Source: an uncultured Clostridia bacterium (GTDB lineage Bacteria; Bacillota; Clostridia; TANB77; CAG-508). From it: a DNA stretch of 64,000 nucleotides. Location: assembly GCA_934180065.1 (NCBI GenBank), contig CAKPRA010000008.1, positions 344 through 64,343 of the forward strand, given 5' to 3'. Within the stretch, counting starts at the first letter, position 1. The number at the start of each line of letters is the position of its first letter. This document shows, piece after piece, positions 17,858 through 26,568 of the stretch. The position numbers and the translations under genes are program-made. The notes beneath the pieces are model-generated. The model was not told where the DNA came from, searched no databases, and saw nothing but the letters and a program-made list of their open reading frames with translations.

Positions 17858-17940
17858 ACAGAAGCGGATACCCCCACTAAAATCTCAAGCCCGGTCGGGG
17901 CTTAACGGGAGCGGGTGTGGGCCTCGACTGTACAACTTTT
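17858..17940. other. GC-rich spacer, candidate cos/packaging recognition site
   Basis: gcggatacccccactaaaatctcaagcccggtcggggcttaacgggagcgggtgtgggcctcgactg is far more GC-rich than its flanks and lies between the HNH block and terS. Confidence 0.4.
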
Positions 17941-17951
17941 TTCATTTTCAC

Positions 17952-18437
17952 ATGAAAGGGGTGGTAAATGTGGCTAAAAAGAAACAAACAAAAGCTGAAA
18001 AGCTAGAAATAGAGCTAAATAACGCAGAAAAGAGCTTAGAAGTTATAGATAAAATAACACAAGAGGAAGAAGAAAGAAAAAAAGAGCTGGAAAAAGCAAA
18101 AAGAATGGAAAAAAGGAGATTAAAGAAAGTAGAAGAGAAAGCAGAAAAAATAAAAGATGATTTAAAAAATCAATTAAAAAAACAAGAAAAAAACGGAAAA
18201 CAATTTGAAGATATGGTTGAAGATTATATATTTTTTGTTAAATTAAAAGAAAATTTGCAAAATGATATTAATGTACGAGGTCTGACATATGAAGTAATAA
18301 CTGGAAATGGGTATAAAACTGAAAAAAATAACGAAAGTGTAAAAAATATAATAAAAGTTAATGCTCAAATGCTTAAAATACTACAAGATTTGGAATTAAA
18401 ATCTCCTGAAGAAGGTGAAGGAGATGATTTGTTGTAA
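17952..18437 (+). CDS. terS: Terminase small subunit (P27-family-like)
   Basis: Start ATG 17952 or GTG 17970 (aaaggggtgg RBS). The listed 17826 start reads through the GC-rich spacer. Immediately upstream of terL. Confidence 0.65.
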   Translation: MKGVVNVAKKKQTKAEKLEIELNNAEKSLEVIDKITQEEEERKKELEKAKRMEKRRLKKVEEKAEKIKDDLKNQLKKQEKNGKQFEDMVEDYIFFVKLKENLQNDINVRGLTYEVITGNGYKTEKNNESVKNIIKVNAQMLKILQDLELKSPEEGEGDDLL

Positions 18438-20091
18438 AGAAATAAATGAATACATAGATTATTACGAAAACAATAAAAAATATTTTAATCGAGAAAGAAT
18501 ATTGTTAATGGAGAACATAGTAAAACCTACATTAAAACAAGATGATGTTTTTTTTGATGAAGATACTTTTTATACTTGTATAAAATATGTGGAAAAAAAT
18601 TTTTATCCACTATTTCCTTATCAAAAATTTATTTATGCATTTGTGTTTATGTATGATAAGGAGGATTTCCCGTTATTTAGGACATTTTTTATAATGATGG
18701 GGAGAGGTAATGGAAAAGATGGTTTTATAGCTCCATTATTGAGTTTTTTTCAGACTGAATATTATGGAATTCCAAATTATAATATAGATATTGTTGCTAC
18801 AAGTGAGCAACAGGCAAAGGATACTTTTGATGAGATATATAATGTTCTTGATTCTAATAAGAGCAAATACAAAAAAAGTTTTAAATGGAATAAAGAAGAA
18901 ATAATTGGAAGAAAAACAAAGGCAAAATTAAAATATAATACATCCAACGGAGATACTAAAGATGGAAAAAAAGATGGTTGTATTGTATTTAATGAAAAGC
19001 ATGCATATAAAAGTAATGATTTAATTAATGTATTTACAAGTGGTGCTGGTAAAGTAAGGCATTTTAGAATTTTTATAATAACAACAAACGGAAAAATCAG
19101 AGAAGGACCACTAGATGAAGATTTAGATCTATGCGAGATGGTACTTGCAGGAGATAATGATATAAGATATTTTCCTTTTATTTGTAAAATTGATGCTGAA
19201 GAAGAAGTTGATAATGAGGAAATGTGGATAAAGGCAAATCCAAGCTATCCATATATGCCAGCATTAAGACATGAGATGAAAATGCAATATAAAGAAATGA
19301 AAAAGAAACCGTCTAGTTCAGCAGAATTTATGACAAAAAGAATGAATTGGCCAAAACGTAGTCAAGATGAACAAGTAACAGATTGGGAAAATATATTAAA
19401 AGCATCATATTCAGATGTAAAGAAAAAAATAGTAAGGCAAATACCAAATTTGAAAGATAATCAAGCAATAATTGGTATTGATTTAGCAACTGTAAATGAT
19501 TTTGCCACAGCTGGTATATTACTTAAGAATGGAAATGAGTATATTTGGAGATGTAAAACCTGGATTTGTACAGCGAATGAAAATTATGAGCATATTAATT
19601 TTCCATTTGATAGGAAAGGACAAGAAGGTTTTAATGATTTTGAAATTGTCAATGATATTTCTCTTGATTTTGATGAGATTGTGAATTGGTGTATTTCTCA
19701 AATGGAAATGTATAATGTTATAAAAATAATTATGGATATGTATAGATTCAAATTATTAAAAAAGGCTTTTGCAGATAAAGGTTTTGATGATACTTATATA
19801 GAAACAAAGCAAAATCCAAATGGCTTAATAAGAATGATTAAATATATACCATCAGTTGAAGCAATATATATTCCATTTATAGAAATGTTGTTTTTAAAGT
19901 GTAATTTAAATATTGGAAATAGTGCAATAATGAGATGGGCAATTAATAATACTTGTGTAAAGCAAAAAAAGGATGGAAATAGGTCATATGAAAAGATAGA
20001 GCCAAAGTTAAGGAAAAATGATCCTTTTATGGCTTTTTTTTGTGCTTATAGCGGACATGAATTATTTGATAAAGGTGTCATTTATGTGTAA
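18415..20091 (+). CDS. terL: Terminase large subunit
   Basis: 558 aa. Walker-A-like GRGNGKDG. Position. Confidence 0.85.
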   Translation: MKEMICCKEINEYIDYYENNKKYFNRERILLMENIVKPTLKQDDVFFDEDTFYTCIKYVEKNFYPLFPYQKFIYAFVFMYDKEDFPLFRTFFIMMGRGNGKDGFIAPLLSFFQTEYYGIPNYNIDIVATSEQQAKDTFDEIYNVLDSNKSKYKKSFKWNKEEIIGRKTKAKLKYNTSNGDTKDGKKDGCIVFNEKHAYKSNDLINVFTSGAGKVRHFRIFIITTNGKIREGPLDEDLDLCEMVLAGDNDIRYFPFICKIDAEEEVDNEEMWIKANPSYPYMPALRHEMKMQYKEMKKKPSSSAEFMTKRMNWPKRSQDEQVTDWENILKASYSDVKKKIVRQIPNLKDNQAIIGIDLATVNDFATAGILLKNGNEYIWRCKTWICTANENYEHINFPFDRKGQEGFNDFEIVNDISLDFDEIVNWCISQMEMYNVIKIIMDMYRFKLLKKAFADKGFDDTYIETKQNPNGLIRMIKYIPSVEAIYIPFIEMLFLKCNLNIGNSAIMRWAINNTCVKQKKDGNRSYEKIEPKLRKNDPFMAFFCAYSGHELFDKGVIYV

Positions 20092-20100
20092 GGAGGTGAG

Positions 20101-21291
20101 ATGAAAATGAACATTCTGAAGAAGTTATTTAAAACAGATGATGGGGATATTGATTTATGTGGAATGTTAGTAAACAAATCTGATGCTAAAGATTACATAT
20201 ATGCAATGGCAGAAGCAAAAGCGATAAACTTAATAGCTAAAACAATAGCTAAAACAGAGCTTTTAGTATTTTCAAAGAATCCCAAAACAAAGAAGATTGA
20301 AAATACTAAAAATGATACATATTACATACTAAACATTAAGCCAAATTATAATGAAAATGGAACAGAATTTTTATATAAATTAGCACTTAAATTATTAATA
20401 GATAAGGAAGTGTTAGTAGTAATAAATAAAAGACAAACAAAAAAACTTCTATATATAGCGGATAGTTTTGATAAAACAACTGATATTTTATATCCTAAAA
20501 CATTTAGAAATATAACAATTTCAGACAAATCAGGAAATTCAATTATATTAAATAAAACATATAAACAAGAAGATGTAATATACATATCCTTGCAAAATAC
20601 TAAGCTAGCGACAGCAGAAACAAATTTTAAAAATCAATTAGGAAAATTACTACAAACAGTACAAACAAAATACAAAAGAGCTAATACATCAAAATGGAAA
20701 CTAAAAAAACCAGGAGGACAATTAACCTTAAGAGATTTTGAAACTGGAAAAGACATATCGTACGAAGACTATATAAATAAAATAACAAAAGGAATTTTTA
20801 GTGATGAAGAAGCGGTTATAATGCTTGCAGAAGCATTTGATTTGGTGAATTTAAATGATAAAGAAAATGTAAATTTAACAGACTATAAGGATTTAACAAA
20901 AAATATAGGCGATGCCGTAGCATCTAGGTTTGGAATTCCACTAGATTTATTTTATGGAACAAAAACCGAAAAATCTACCGCTAATGATGATTTTATATCG
21001 TTTGGTTGTGATTTTTATTATAATAGCATAGAAGATGCTATAAATGATGCTTTTGTTGGATGTAAAGATTATTGCGACGGTGAAAGAATACAATTTAACA
21101 AATATGCAATATTCCATAAAGATATAATAGATTCTGCAAATGGAATAGATAAACTAGTGTCAAGTACATTTAGTAGAAACGAGATAAATGAATTTATAAA
21201 TTTACCACATATAGATGAAGATTGGGCGGATGAGCACAATTTAACTAAAAATTATGGAAATGTGAAAGGAGGTGTGAATGATGAAAAATAA
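20101..21291 (+). CDS. Portal protein (HK97-type)
   Basis: Size and position between terL and the prohead protease. Confidence 0.75.
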   Translation: MKMNILKKLFKTDDGDIDLCGMLVNKSDAKDYIYAMAEAKAINLIAKTIAKTELLVFSKNPKTKKIENTKNDTYYILNIKPNYNENGTEFLYKLALKLLIDKEVLVVINKRQTKKLLYIADSFDKTTDILYPKTFRNITISDKSGNSIILNKTYKQEDVIYISLQNTKLATAETNFKNQLGKLLQTVQTKYKRANTSKWKLKKPGGQLTLRDFETGKDISYEDYINKITKGIFSDEEAVIMLAEAFDLVNLNDKENVNLTDYKDLTKNIGDAVASRFGIPLDLFYGTKTEKSTANDDFISFGCDFYYNSIEDAINDAFVGCKDYCDGERIQFNKYAIFHKDIIDSANGIDKLVSSTFSRNEINEFINLPHIDEDWADEHNLTKNYGNVKGGVNDEK

Positions 21292-22072
21292 ATTTTATAA
21301 TTTTGAAAAGATAAATGACGAGAAAGCAGCAATATACATTTATGGAGATATTGTTTCTGAAAAGTGGTGGAGTGACAGTCCAGATGTTGACCCAACAACT
21401 TTCAAAGATGAGTTAGCTGAATTAGGTGATGTAAATGAAATTGATGTACATATTAACTCATTTGGAGGAGAAGTATATGCAGGTTTTGCAATACATAACT
21501 TACTAAAACAACATAAAGCAACAATAAATGTGTATATAGATGGTATTGCAGCAAGTATTGCCAGCGTGATAGCTATGGCAGGAGATAAGATATATATGCC
21601 AAAAACAGCCTTAATGATGATTCACAATTGCTGGACCTGGACATCAGGAAATTCTAAAGAATTACGTAAAACTGCTGAAGATATGGATAAAGTAGGAGAA
21701 GCAATTAAATCATCTTATTTAAACAAAGTGAATATTACAAAAGAAGAGCTTGAGCGATTATTAGATGATGAGTCGTTAATGACTGCTGAGGAATGTTTAA
21801 ATAAAGGATTTATCGATGAAATTATTCAAGATGATAAGGAAATACAAAATAAATATACAAACAAAACATTATTAAATATGTATAAAAAAATGCATAAACA
21901 GACATCAAAACAAGAAATTAGTGATGAAACTATAAATAAAATTGCTAATAGAATTGTTGAAATAACAAAAACTCAAAATGATGAGAAACAAAAAAATAAT
22001 ATTTTAGTTAATAAAGACTTACAAGAAAAAAATAAAAATCCTTGGGAGTCTTTTTTTCATACAAAAAAATAG
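21278..22072 (+). CDS. ClpP-like prohead (head maturation) protease
   Basis: INSFGGEVYAGFAIHNLLKQHKATINVYIDGIAASIASVIAMAG ... MMIHN, the ClpP Ser/His region. Confidence 0.85.
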   Translation: MMKNKFYNFEKINDEKAAIYIYGDIVSEKWWSDSPDVDPTTFKDELAELGDVNEIDVHINSFGGEVYAGFAIHNLLKQHKATINVYIDGIAASIASVIAMAGDKIYMPKTALMMIHNCWTWTSGNSKELRKTAEDMDKVGEAIKSSYLNKVNITKEELERLLDDESLMTAEECLNKGFIDEIIQDDKEIQNKYTNKTLLNMYKKMHKQTSKQEISDETINKIANRIVEITKTQNDEKQKNNILVNKDLQEKNKNPWESFFHTKK

Positions 22073-22088
22073 AAAGGTAGGAAAATAT

Positions 22089-23255
22089 ATGAAAATTGAT
22101 AAAAATAATATGAAAGAAGCTAAAGATTCGGCAAAAGAAATTTTAAATAACACAGAAGATAAGGCAGAGGCTATAATAGAAGCAATGGACTTATTGAACA
22201 ATGCAAAATATGCAGATTTAATAGAAGAAATACAAGAACAAGCAACAAGAGCAGAAAGTGATAAAAGTTATGCAAAAAAATTAGGGTTAAGAGCATTATC
22301 TAAAGAAGAGAAAAATTTTTATGACCAATTAAAAGATATTAAAAATGCAGTTACAGGAAAACAAATAAACATGATACCAACATCAATAATAGATTTAACA
22401 CTAGAAAATATAAGACAAGAAAGTACTATACTAGAAGATATAAATTTTGCACCAGCAGATGTTAAAAATTGGCTTGTAGGTGAAAAAACAGGTAATTTTG
22501 GATGGGGAGAGCTATCAGAAGCTTTAACAGAAGAATTGACTGCTGAAATAGATGGTTTGATAACAGATGTAAACAAATTATATGTAGTATTAGTAATTCC
22601 AAAAGGAATTAGAGAGCTTTCATACGAATTTATAGATAAATATTTTATGGCAATTTTACAAGAAGCACTAAATGACGGTTTAGAATATGGATACTTTCAA
22701 GGAAATGGAAAAAAACAACCAATTGGAATTTATAAACAAATAGATTCTGTAAATGAAGATGGAACTCATAAAGATAAAACAGTTAACAAAAACCTAGTTA
22801 ACTTTACACCAAAGGGGCTAGCTAATGCTAAAGAATATCTTACAAATGATGGTAAGAGAACGCTAACAGAATTAGTAATTTACTGCAATCCAAGTGATAA
22901 GGCAAATTATGTTGATCCAGCTATATACAATGACAGAGGAGAATTAATATCATCATTAAAGAGCTTAAAAGTAAAAGATTCTGCTCAAAATCCACAAGGA
23001 AAAGCAGCATTAGCAATACCTAAAAAATATGTAATGGGACTTACAAATTTCGGAATAAACGAATATAAAGAAACAAAAGCTCTGGATGATGCAGATGTGC
23101 TAATTGGAAAGGGATATGCCAATGGTAGAGCAGTAGATGATAAGATTGCCTTTGTGTTTGATGTAACTAAATTAGAGGAATACATAGATAAAGTAAAAGT
23201 AACAGCAATTGAAGGCACAGTTAATACAAAATCAGAGGGAGTAGCAGGGGCTTAG
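22089..23255 (+). CDS. Major capsid protein (HK97 fold family)
   Basis: 388 aa, coiled-coil delta-like N-terminus, follows the protease. Confidence 0.8.
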   Translation: MKIDKNNMKEAKDSAKEILNNTEDKAEAIIEAMDLLNNAKYADLIEEIQEQATRAESDKSYAKKLGLRALSKEEKNFYDQLKDIKNAVTGKQINMIPTSIIDLTLENIRQESTILEDINFAPADVKNWLVGEKTGNFGWGELSEALTEELTAEIDGLITDVNKLYVVLVIPKGIRELSYEFIDKYFMAILQEALNDGLEYGYFQGNGKKQPIGIYKQIDSVNEDGTHKDKTVNKNLVNFTPKGLANAKEYLTNDGKRTLTELVIYCNPSDKANYVDPAIYNDRGELISSLKSLKVKDSAQNPQGKAALAIPKKYVMGLTNFGINEYKETKALDDADVLIGKGYANGRAVDDKIAFVFDVTKLEEYIDKVKVTAIEGTVNTKSEGVAGA

Positions 23256-23294
23256 TAAATAAGCTCCTAAATAAATTTAAGGAGGGAAAGCGTA

Positions 23295-23636
23295 ATGGCT
23301 AAAAATAAACAAAAAACAGAAAGTGTTAAAGAAAATGAAATAGTAAAATATATAGTAATTGAGAAATTTAAAGATTTACAAGATCATCAATATATTTATG
23401 AAATTGGTGAAGAATTTCCACGTGTGGGATTACAAGTAACACCAGAAAGAATAGAAGAATTAGCAAGTTCAAATAATTTGACAAAAAAAGTTTTAATAAA
23501 AAAGGAAGTTATTAAAACAAAAGAAAATGATGAAGAGAATACTGAAACAGAAAAAGAAGATAATGGAGAGAATACTGAAACAGACAAAGAAGATAATGGA
23601 GAGAGTATTGAAATAGAAAAAGAAAAATCAGAATAG
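23295..23636 (+). CDS. Hypothetical head-module protein with acidic 11-aa tandem repeat
   Basis: 33-nt unit gagaatactgaaacaga(a/c)aaagaagataatgga at 23535 and 23568, plus a partial third copy. Confidence 0.5.
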   Translation: MAKNKQKTESVKENEIVKYIVIEKFKDLQDHQYIYEIGEEFPRVGLQVTPERIEELASSNNLTKKVLIKKEVIKTKENDEENTETEKEDNGENTETDKEDNGESIEIEKEKSE

Positions 23637-23645
23637 AGGTGTCAT

Positions 23646-23927
23646 ATGAATGAAAAATTAATATCTGAAATGTTAGAGGAAATAAAAGGAGAGCAACATC
23701 CAATAGAAGATGATGAAATCTTAAAAGGATATATAAAGGACGCCGAATATGATATTAATTATCAATCAGGAAAGAAAATTGATTATACAACTGACTTAGA
23801 TGCAAAGAGATTATTAAAAAATTATGTGTTATATGCAAGATTTGCTAGATTATCAGAATTTAAACAACTGTACGAAGGAGATTACGTTGATTTACAAGCA
23901 AAGTACACAGCTACCATTATACAATGA
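23646..23927 (+). CDS. Head-tail connector (gp6-like) protein
   Basis: Size, position, LEEIKGEQHPIEDDEILKGYIKDAE pattern. Confidence 0.55.
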   Translation: MNEKLISEMLEEIKGEQHPIEDDEILKGYIKDAEYDINYQSGKKIDYTTDLDAKRLLKNYVLYARFARLSEFKQLYEGDYVDLQAKYTATIIQ

Positions 23928-24267
23928 TGGTAAATTTGAAGTATTTGAAATAAAACAAACCGAAACAACATTACCAGTAGAATATATAAAATCAACAGGT
24001 AAATTTGTATGGTATGAAGAGCTATCAATTACCGATAGATTAAAATTTGAAGCTGATGAGCGAAATAAGAAAATAACATATAAATTGCGAATTCCACAAA
24101 TTAAAGAATTAACATCTTTGCATGTTTTAAAAATAGATAATCAATATCATAGAATATATAATGCTTACCATTTTACAAATAAAGATGGATTTAAGCAAAC
24201 AGATCTTACACTAGAGCTATATCCAAGACAAAAATTTGAAAAGGATGTGACAGAAAATGATGAATAA
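23824..24267 (+). CDS. Head-closure/head-tail adaptor protein (start uncertain)
   Basis: The in-frame ATGs overlap the previous gene by ~100 nt, so the true start is probably non-ATG near 23930. Position. Confidence 0.45.
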   Translation: MCYMQDLLDYQNLNNCTKEITLIYKQSTQLPLYNDGKFEVFEIKQTETTLPVEYIKSTGKFVWYEELSITDRLKFEADERNKKITYKLRIPQIKELTSLHVLKIDNQYHRIYNAYHFTNKDGFKQTDLTLELYPRQKFEKDVTENDE

Positions 24268-24592
24268 GGAAGAATTAATTGAACTATTAAAAAAGACTGG
24301 TGTTAAAGTAAATGAATGTATTCCAGAAGATATCCATATGAATGATGAAACAAGAATTTGTTTTTGGGAGTATGAATGGGAGCCACTTGTAGCAAGTAAC
24401 CTTGAATATAATACAAAAGTTACATATCAAATTTCTATAATATCTAACAAACCAAGAAATAATGCAATATTAATGCTAAAAAAAGAGCTTGAGAAAAATG
24501 GATTGCATCCAGTAATACAACATGAAAAAGATATTGAAAGTAGAAGATGGCATTCATATTTTGCATTAGAGGTACTAGAAAACATTGAGTAA
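24257..24592 (+). CDS. Hypothetical neck/tail-completion protein
   Basis: ORF in the head-tail joining block. Confidence 0.45.
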   Translation: MMNKEELIELLKKTGVKVNECIPEDIHMNDETRICFWEYEWEPLVASNLEYNTKVTYQISIISNKPRNNAILMLKKELEKNGLHPVIQHEKDIESRRWHSYFALEVLENIE

Positions 24593-24941
24593 TTTTGAAG
24601 GATTTACAGAGCTATCCGAGTATCTTACAGAAATAACAAAGGAAATGGATAATGTTACGGATATTTTAGAAATAGGAGCACAGGATTTTGTAAAAGATTT
24701 ATTAAAACTACCAAAACCAATTTCAAGCATAAGGAAGTCTGGATATACACATTTAGTAAAAAGTTTTGCATATGCAAAACGAGATAAGGAAGTTGAAGTG
24801 GGTTGGGGCAAATATTATGGCAGAATGGTTGAAAATGGAACTAGTAAAATGTATGCCAGGGAACACCTTAACCCTTGTTTTAACAGAAACAAAGAAAAAT
24901 ATTACAAAAAAATGATTGCAAAATTGGGTTTTGAAACTTAA
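24585..24941 (+). CDS. HK97 gp10-family tail-completion protein
   Basis: MVENGTSKMYAREHLNPCF motif; TTG start. Confidence 0.55.
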   Translation: MSNFEGFTELSEYLTEITKEMDNVTDILEIGAQDFVKDLLKLPKPISSIRKSGYTHLVKSFAYAKRDKEVEVGWGKYYGRMVENGTSKMYAREHLNPCFNRNKEKYYKKMIAKLGFET

Positions 24942-24981
24942 TTTGGAATTTTATAAAATTATAAGAAAAGAGGTAAATATT

Positions 24982-25632
24982 ATGGGAATAACAAAGAAAA
25001 GACCAATGGTAAAACAGACAGTAGGAGACATGTATTATGCATTTAATACACAAACAGAAAATGGAGATTTTCAAGCAGGAAAATATGAAGGAACTGTGCA
25101 ATGTCCAACTGTAAAAAATGTATCAACAACAGAAAATGCAGAATCTACCACAATTAAAGCAAGTGGAAAAGATTATGAAACAGTAAATCAGTCTGATTCA
25201 ACAGATATTGCTGTAGAAGTAATTGCGTTTGATCCAGGAGATTTAGCAAGAATGAGAGGGGATGATGCCTCAGCAGATAATGGATTAATTTTATCTGGAG
25301 CTGCTAATAGACGACCATTTTTTGCTTATGGAAAAGTTGTAAAAAAACTAGGTGGAGGTTTTAGATACGAATGGTTTCCAAAGTGCCAATTGGTAGAAAA
25401 TACAGATGACATTGCGACATCAGAAGATTCTTTCAGTGAACAAAATGATACAGTAACGATAAGAGCTTATGATTTCGATGGAAAAGGAAATAAAAAAGCT
25501 TTTGTTGATAGTGAAACAGAGCAATTTCCTAAAGGATTAACAGAAGAAAAATTTTTTGCTAATGTAATATCTTCAAAGGAAGATTTAGATAAAGCAATAG
25601 CAACAGAGTCACAAGAAGTTGAAGGTGCGTAA
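24982..25632 (+). CDS. Major tail protein
   Basis: ATG 24982 after aaagaggt; size and position before the chaperone and tape measure. Confidence 0.7.
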   Translation: MGITKKRPMVKQTVGDMYYAFNTQTENGDFQAGKYEGTVQCPTVKNVSTTENAESTTIKASGKDYETVNQSDSTDIAVEVIAFDPGDLARMRGDDASADNGLILSGAANRRPFFAYGKVVKKLGGGFRYEWFPKCQLVENTDDIATSEDSFSEQNDTVTIRAYDFDGKGNKKAFVDSETEQFPKGLTEEKFFANVISSKEDLDKAIATESQEVEGA

Positions 25633-25689
25633 TAATAAAATAAATTAAGCTCTAGAAATAGAGCTTAATTGTTAAATTAGGAGGGAAAT

Positions 25690-26028
25690 ATGCAAATAGA
25701 ATTAAAAAATGGCGAAATACTAAATTTAGAAGTGACACCACTTATCTTAGAATTCTTTGAAGAGTATCCAGGTGGTGTTGAACAAATAAAAAAGGATGCA
25801 CATGGAGAAAAAGATAAAAATGGATATACTAGAACTATGTACGCAACTAATCAATTGTTGTATGCAATAATTGCATCAAATTATGATACACCATTAACAT
25901 ATAGACAAGCGGTGCGACTTGTGAAATTGGAAGATATAGAAATGATTGCAGATTTTGTTATAAAAAATATACCAAATGCAACAAATAGAGAAAGTGTGGA
26001 AACAGACAGAAAAACTCACAGAATATGA
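25690..26028 (+). CDS. Tail assembly chaperone
   Basis: 112 aa between the major tail and tape measure genes. Confidence 0.55.
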   Translation: MQIELKNGEILNLEVTPLILEFFEEYPGGVEQIKKDAHGEKDKNGYTRTMYATNQLLYAIIASNYDTPLTYRQAVRLVKLEDIEMIADFVIKNIPNATNRESVETDRKTHRI

Positions 26029-26103
26029 TGTCGAAATTTGTCGAAGAAAATGCCTTGAATTATTTATAAATAAAATATAAAATAACGAAAAGGGGGGATT
26101 TTC

Positions 26104-26490
26104 TTGAACAATGGAGCAAATAAAGTTGATACGACAAGTTATATAATAGGCTTTATAATATTGGCAATAATAATATTTGTCATTTGGAAAATGATTAGCG
26201 GAGTATTTGGTACATCAAGTGTTAGTACTAACGATGGTGGGAAGCCAGATGATGTAGAATTAATGACATATGCTCAAACAGTTGTAAAGGATTATTTTAG
26301 TGATTCTAAATTTTCGAGCAATCCAAGTAATTATAAATTTATAGAAACAGGATTGCAATATAAAATTGAGGGATATGTTACAACAAATAGCAAAGAAGAA
26401 AAATTTTATATAGTAATAAGATTTTCAGATGATAAATATAAGGAATATGATGTGGTTTCACTCCAAGTGGGAAATAAAAGAATATATTAA
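26104..26490 (+). CDS. Membrane-anchored moron protein inserted in the tail module
   Basis: TTG start after aaggggggg. TM IIGFIILAIIIFVIW. Own terminator atacttaca-gtaat-tgtaagtat + T-run (~26500-26527). Confidence 0.55.
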   Translation: MNNGANKVDTTSYIIGFIILAIIIFVIWKMISGVFGTSSVSTNDGGKPDDVELMTYAQTVVKDYFSDSKFSSNPSNYKFIETGLQYKIEGYVTTNSKEEKFYIVIRFSDDKYKEYDVVSLQVGNKRIY

Positions 26491-26568
26491 AATAAAAATA
26501 CTTACAGTAATTGTAAGTATTTTTTAGCACTTATCTAGTTCTTGCAAAACTAAAGGAGTTGAAGATAA

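Noticed and set aside
26000-26100. Programmed frameshift extension of the tail assembly chaperone (G/GT-type)
   Set aside because: A slippery-looking agaaaaac is present, but both alternative frames close after ~20 codons. That is far shorter than typical T extensions, and the space is occupied by the moron gene instead.
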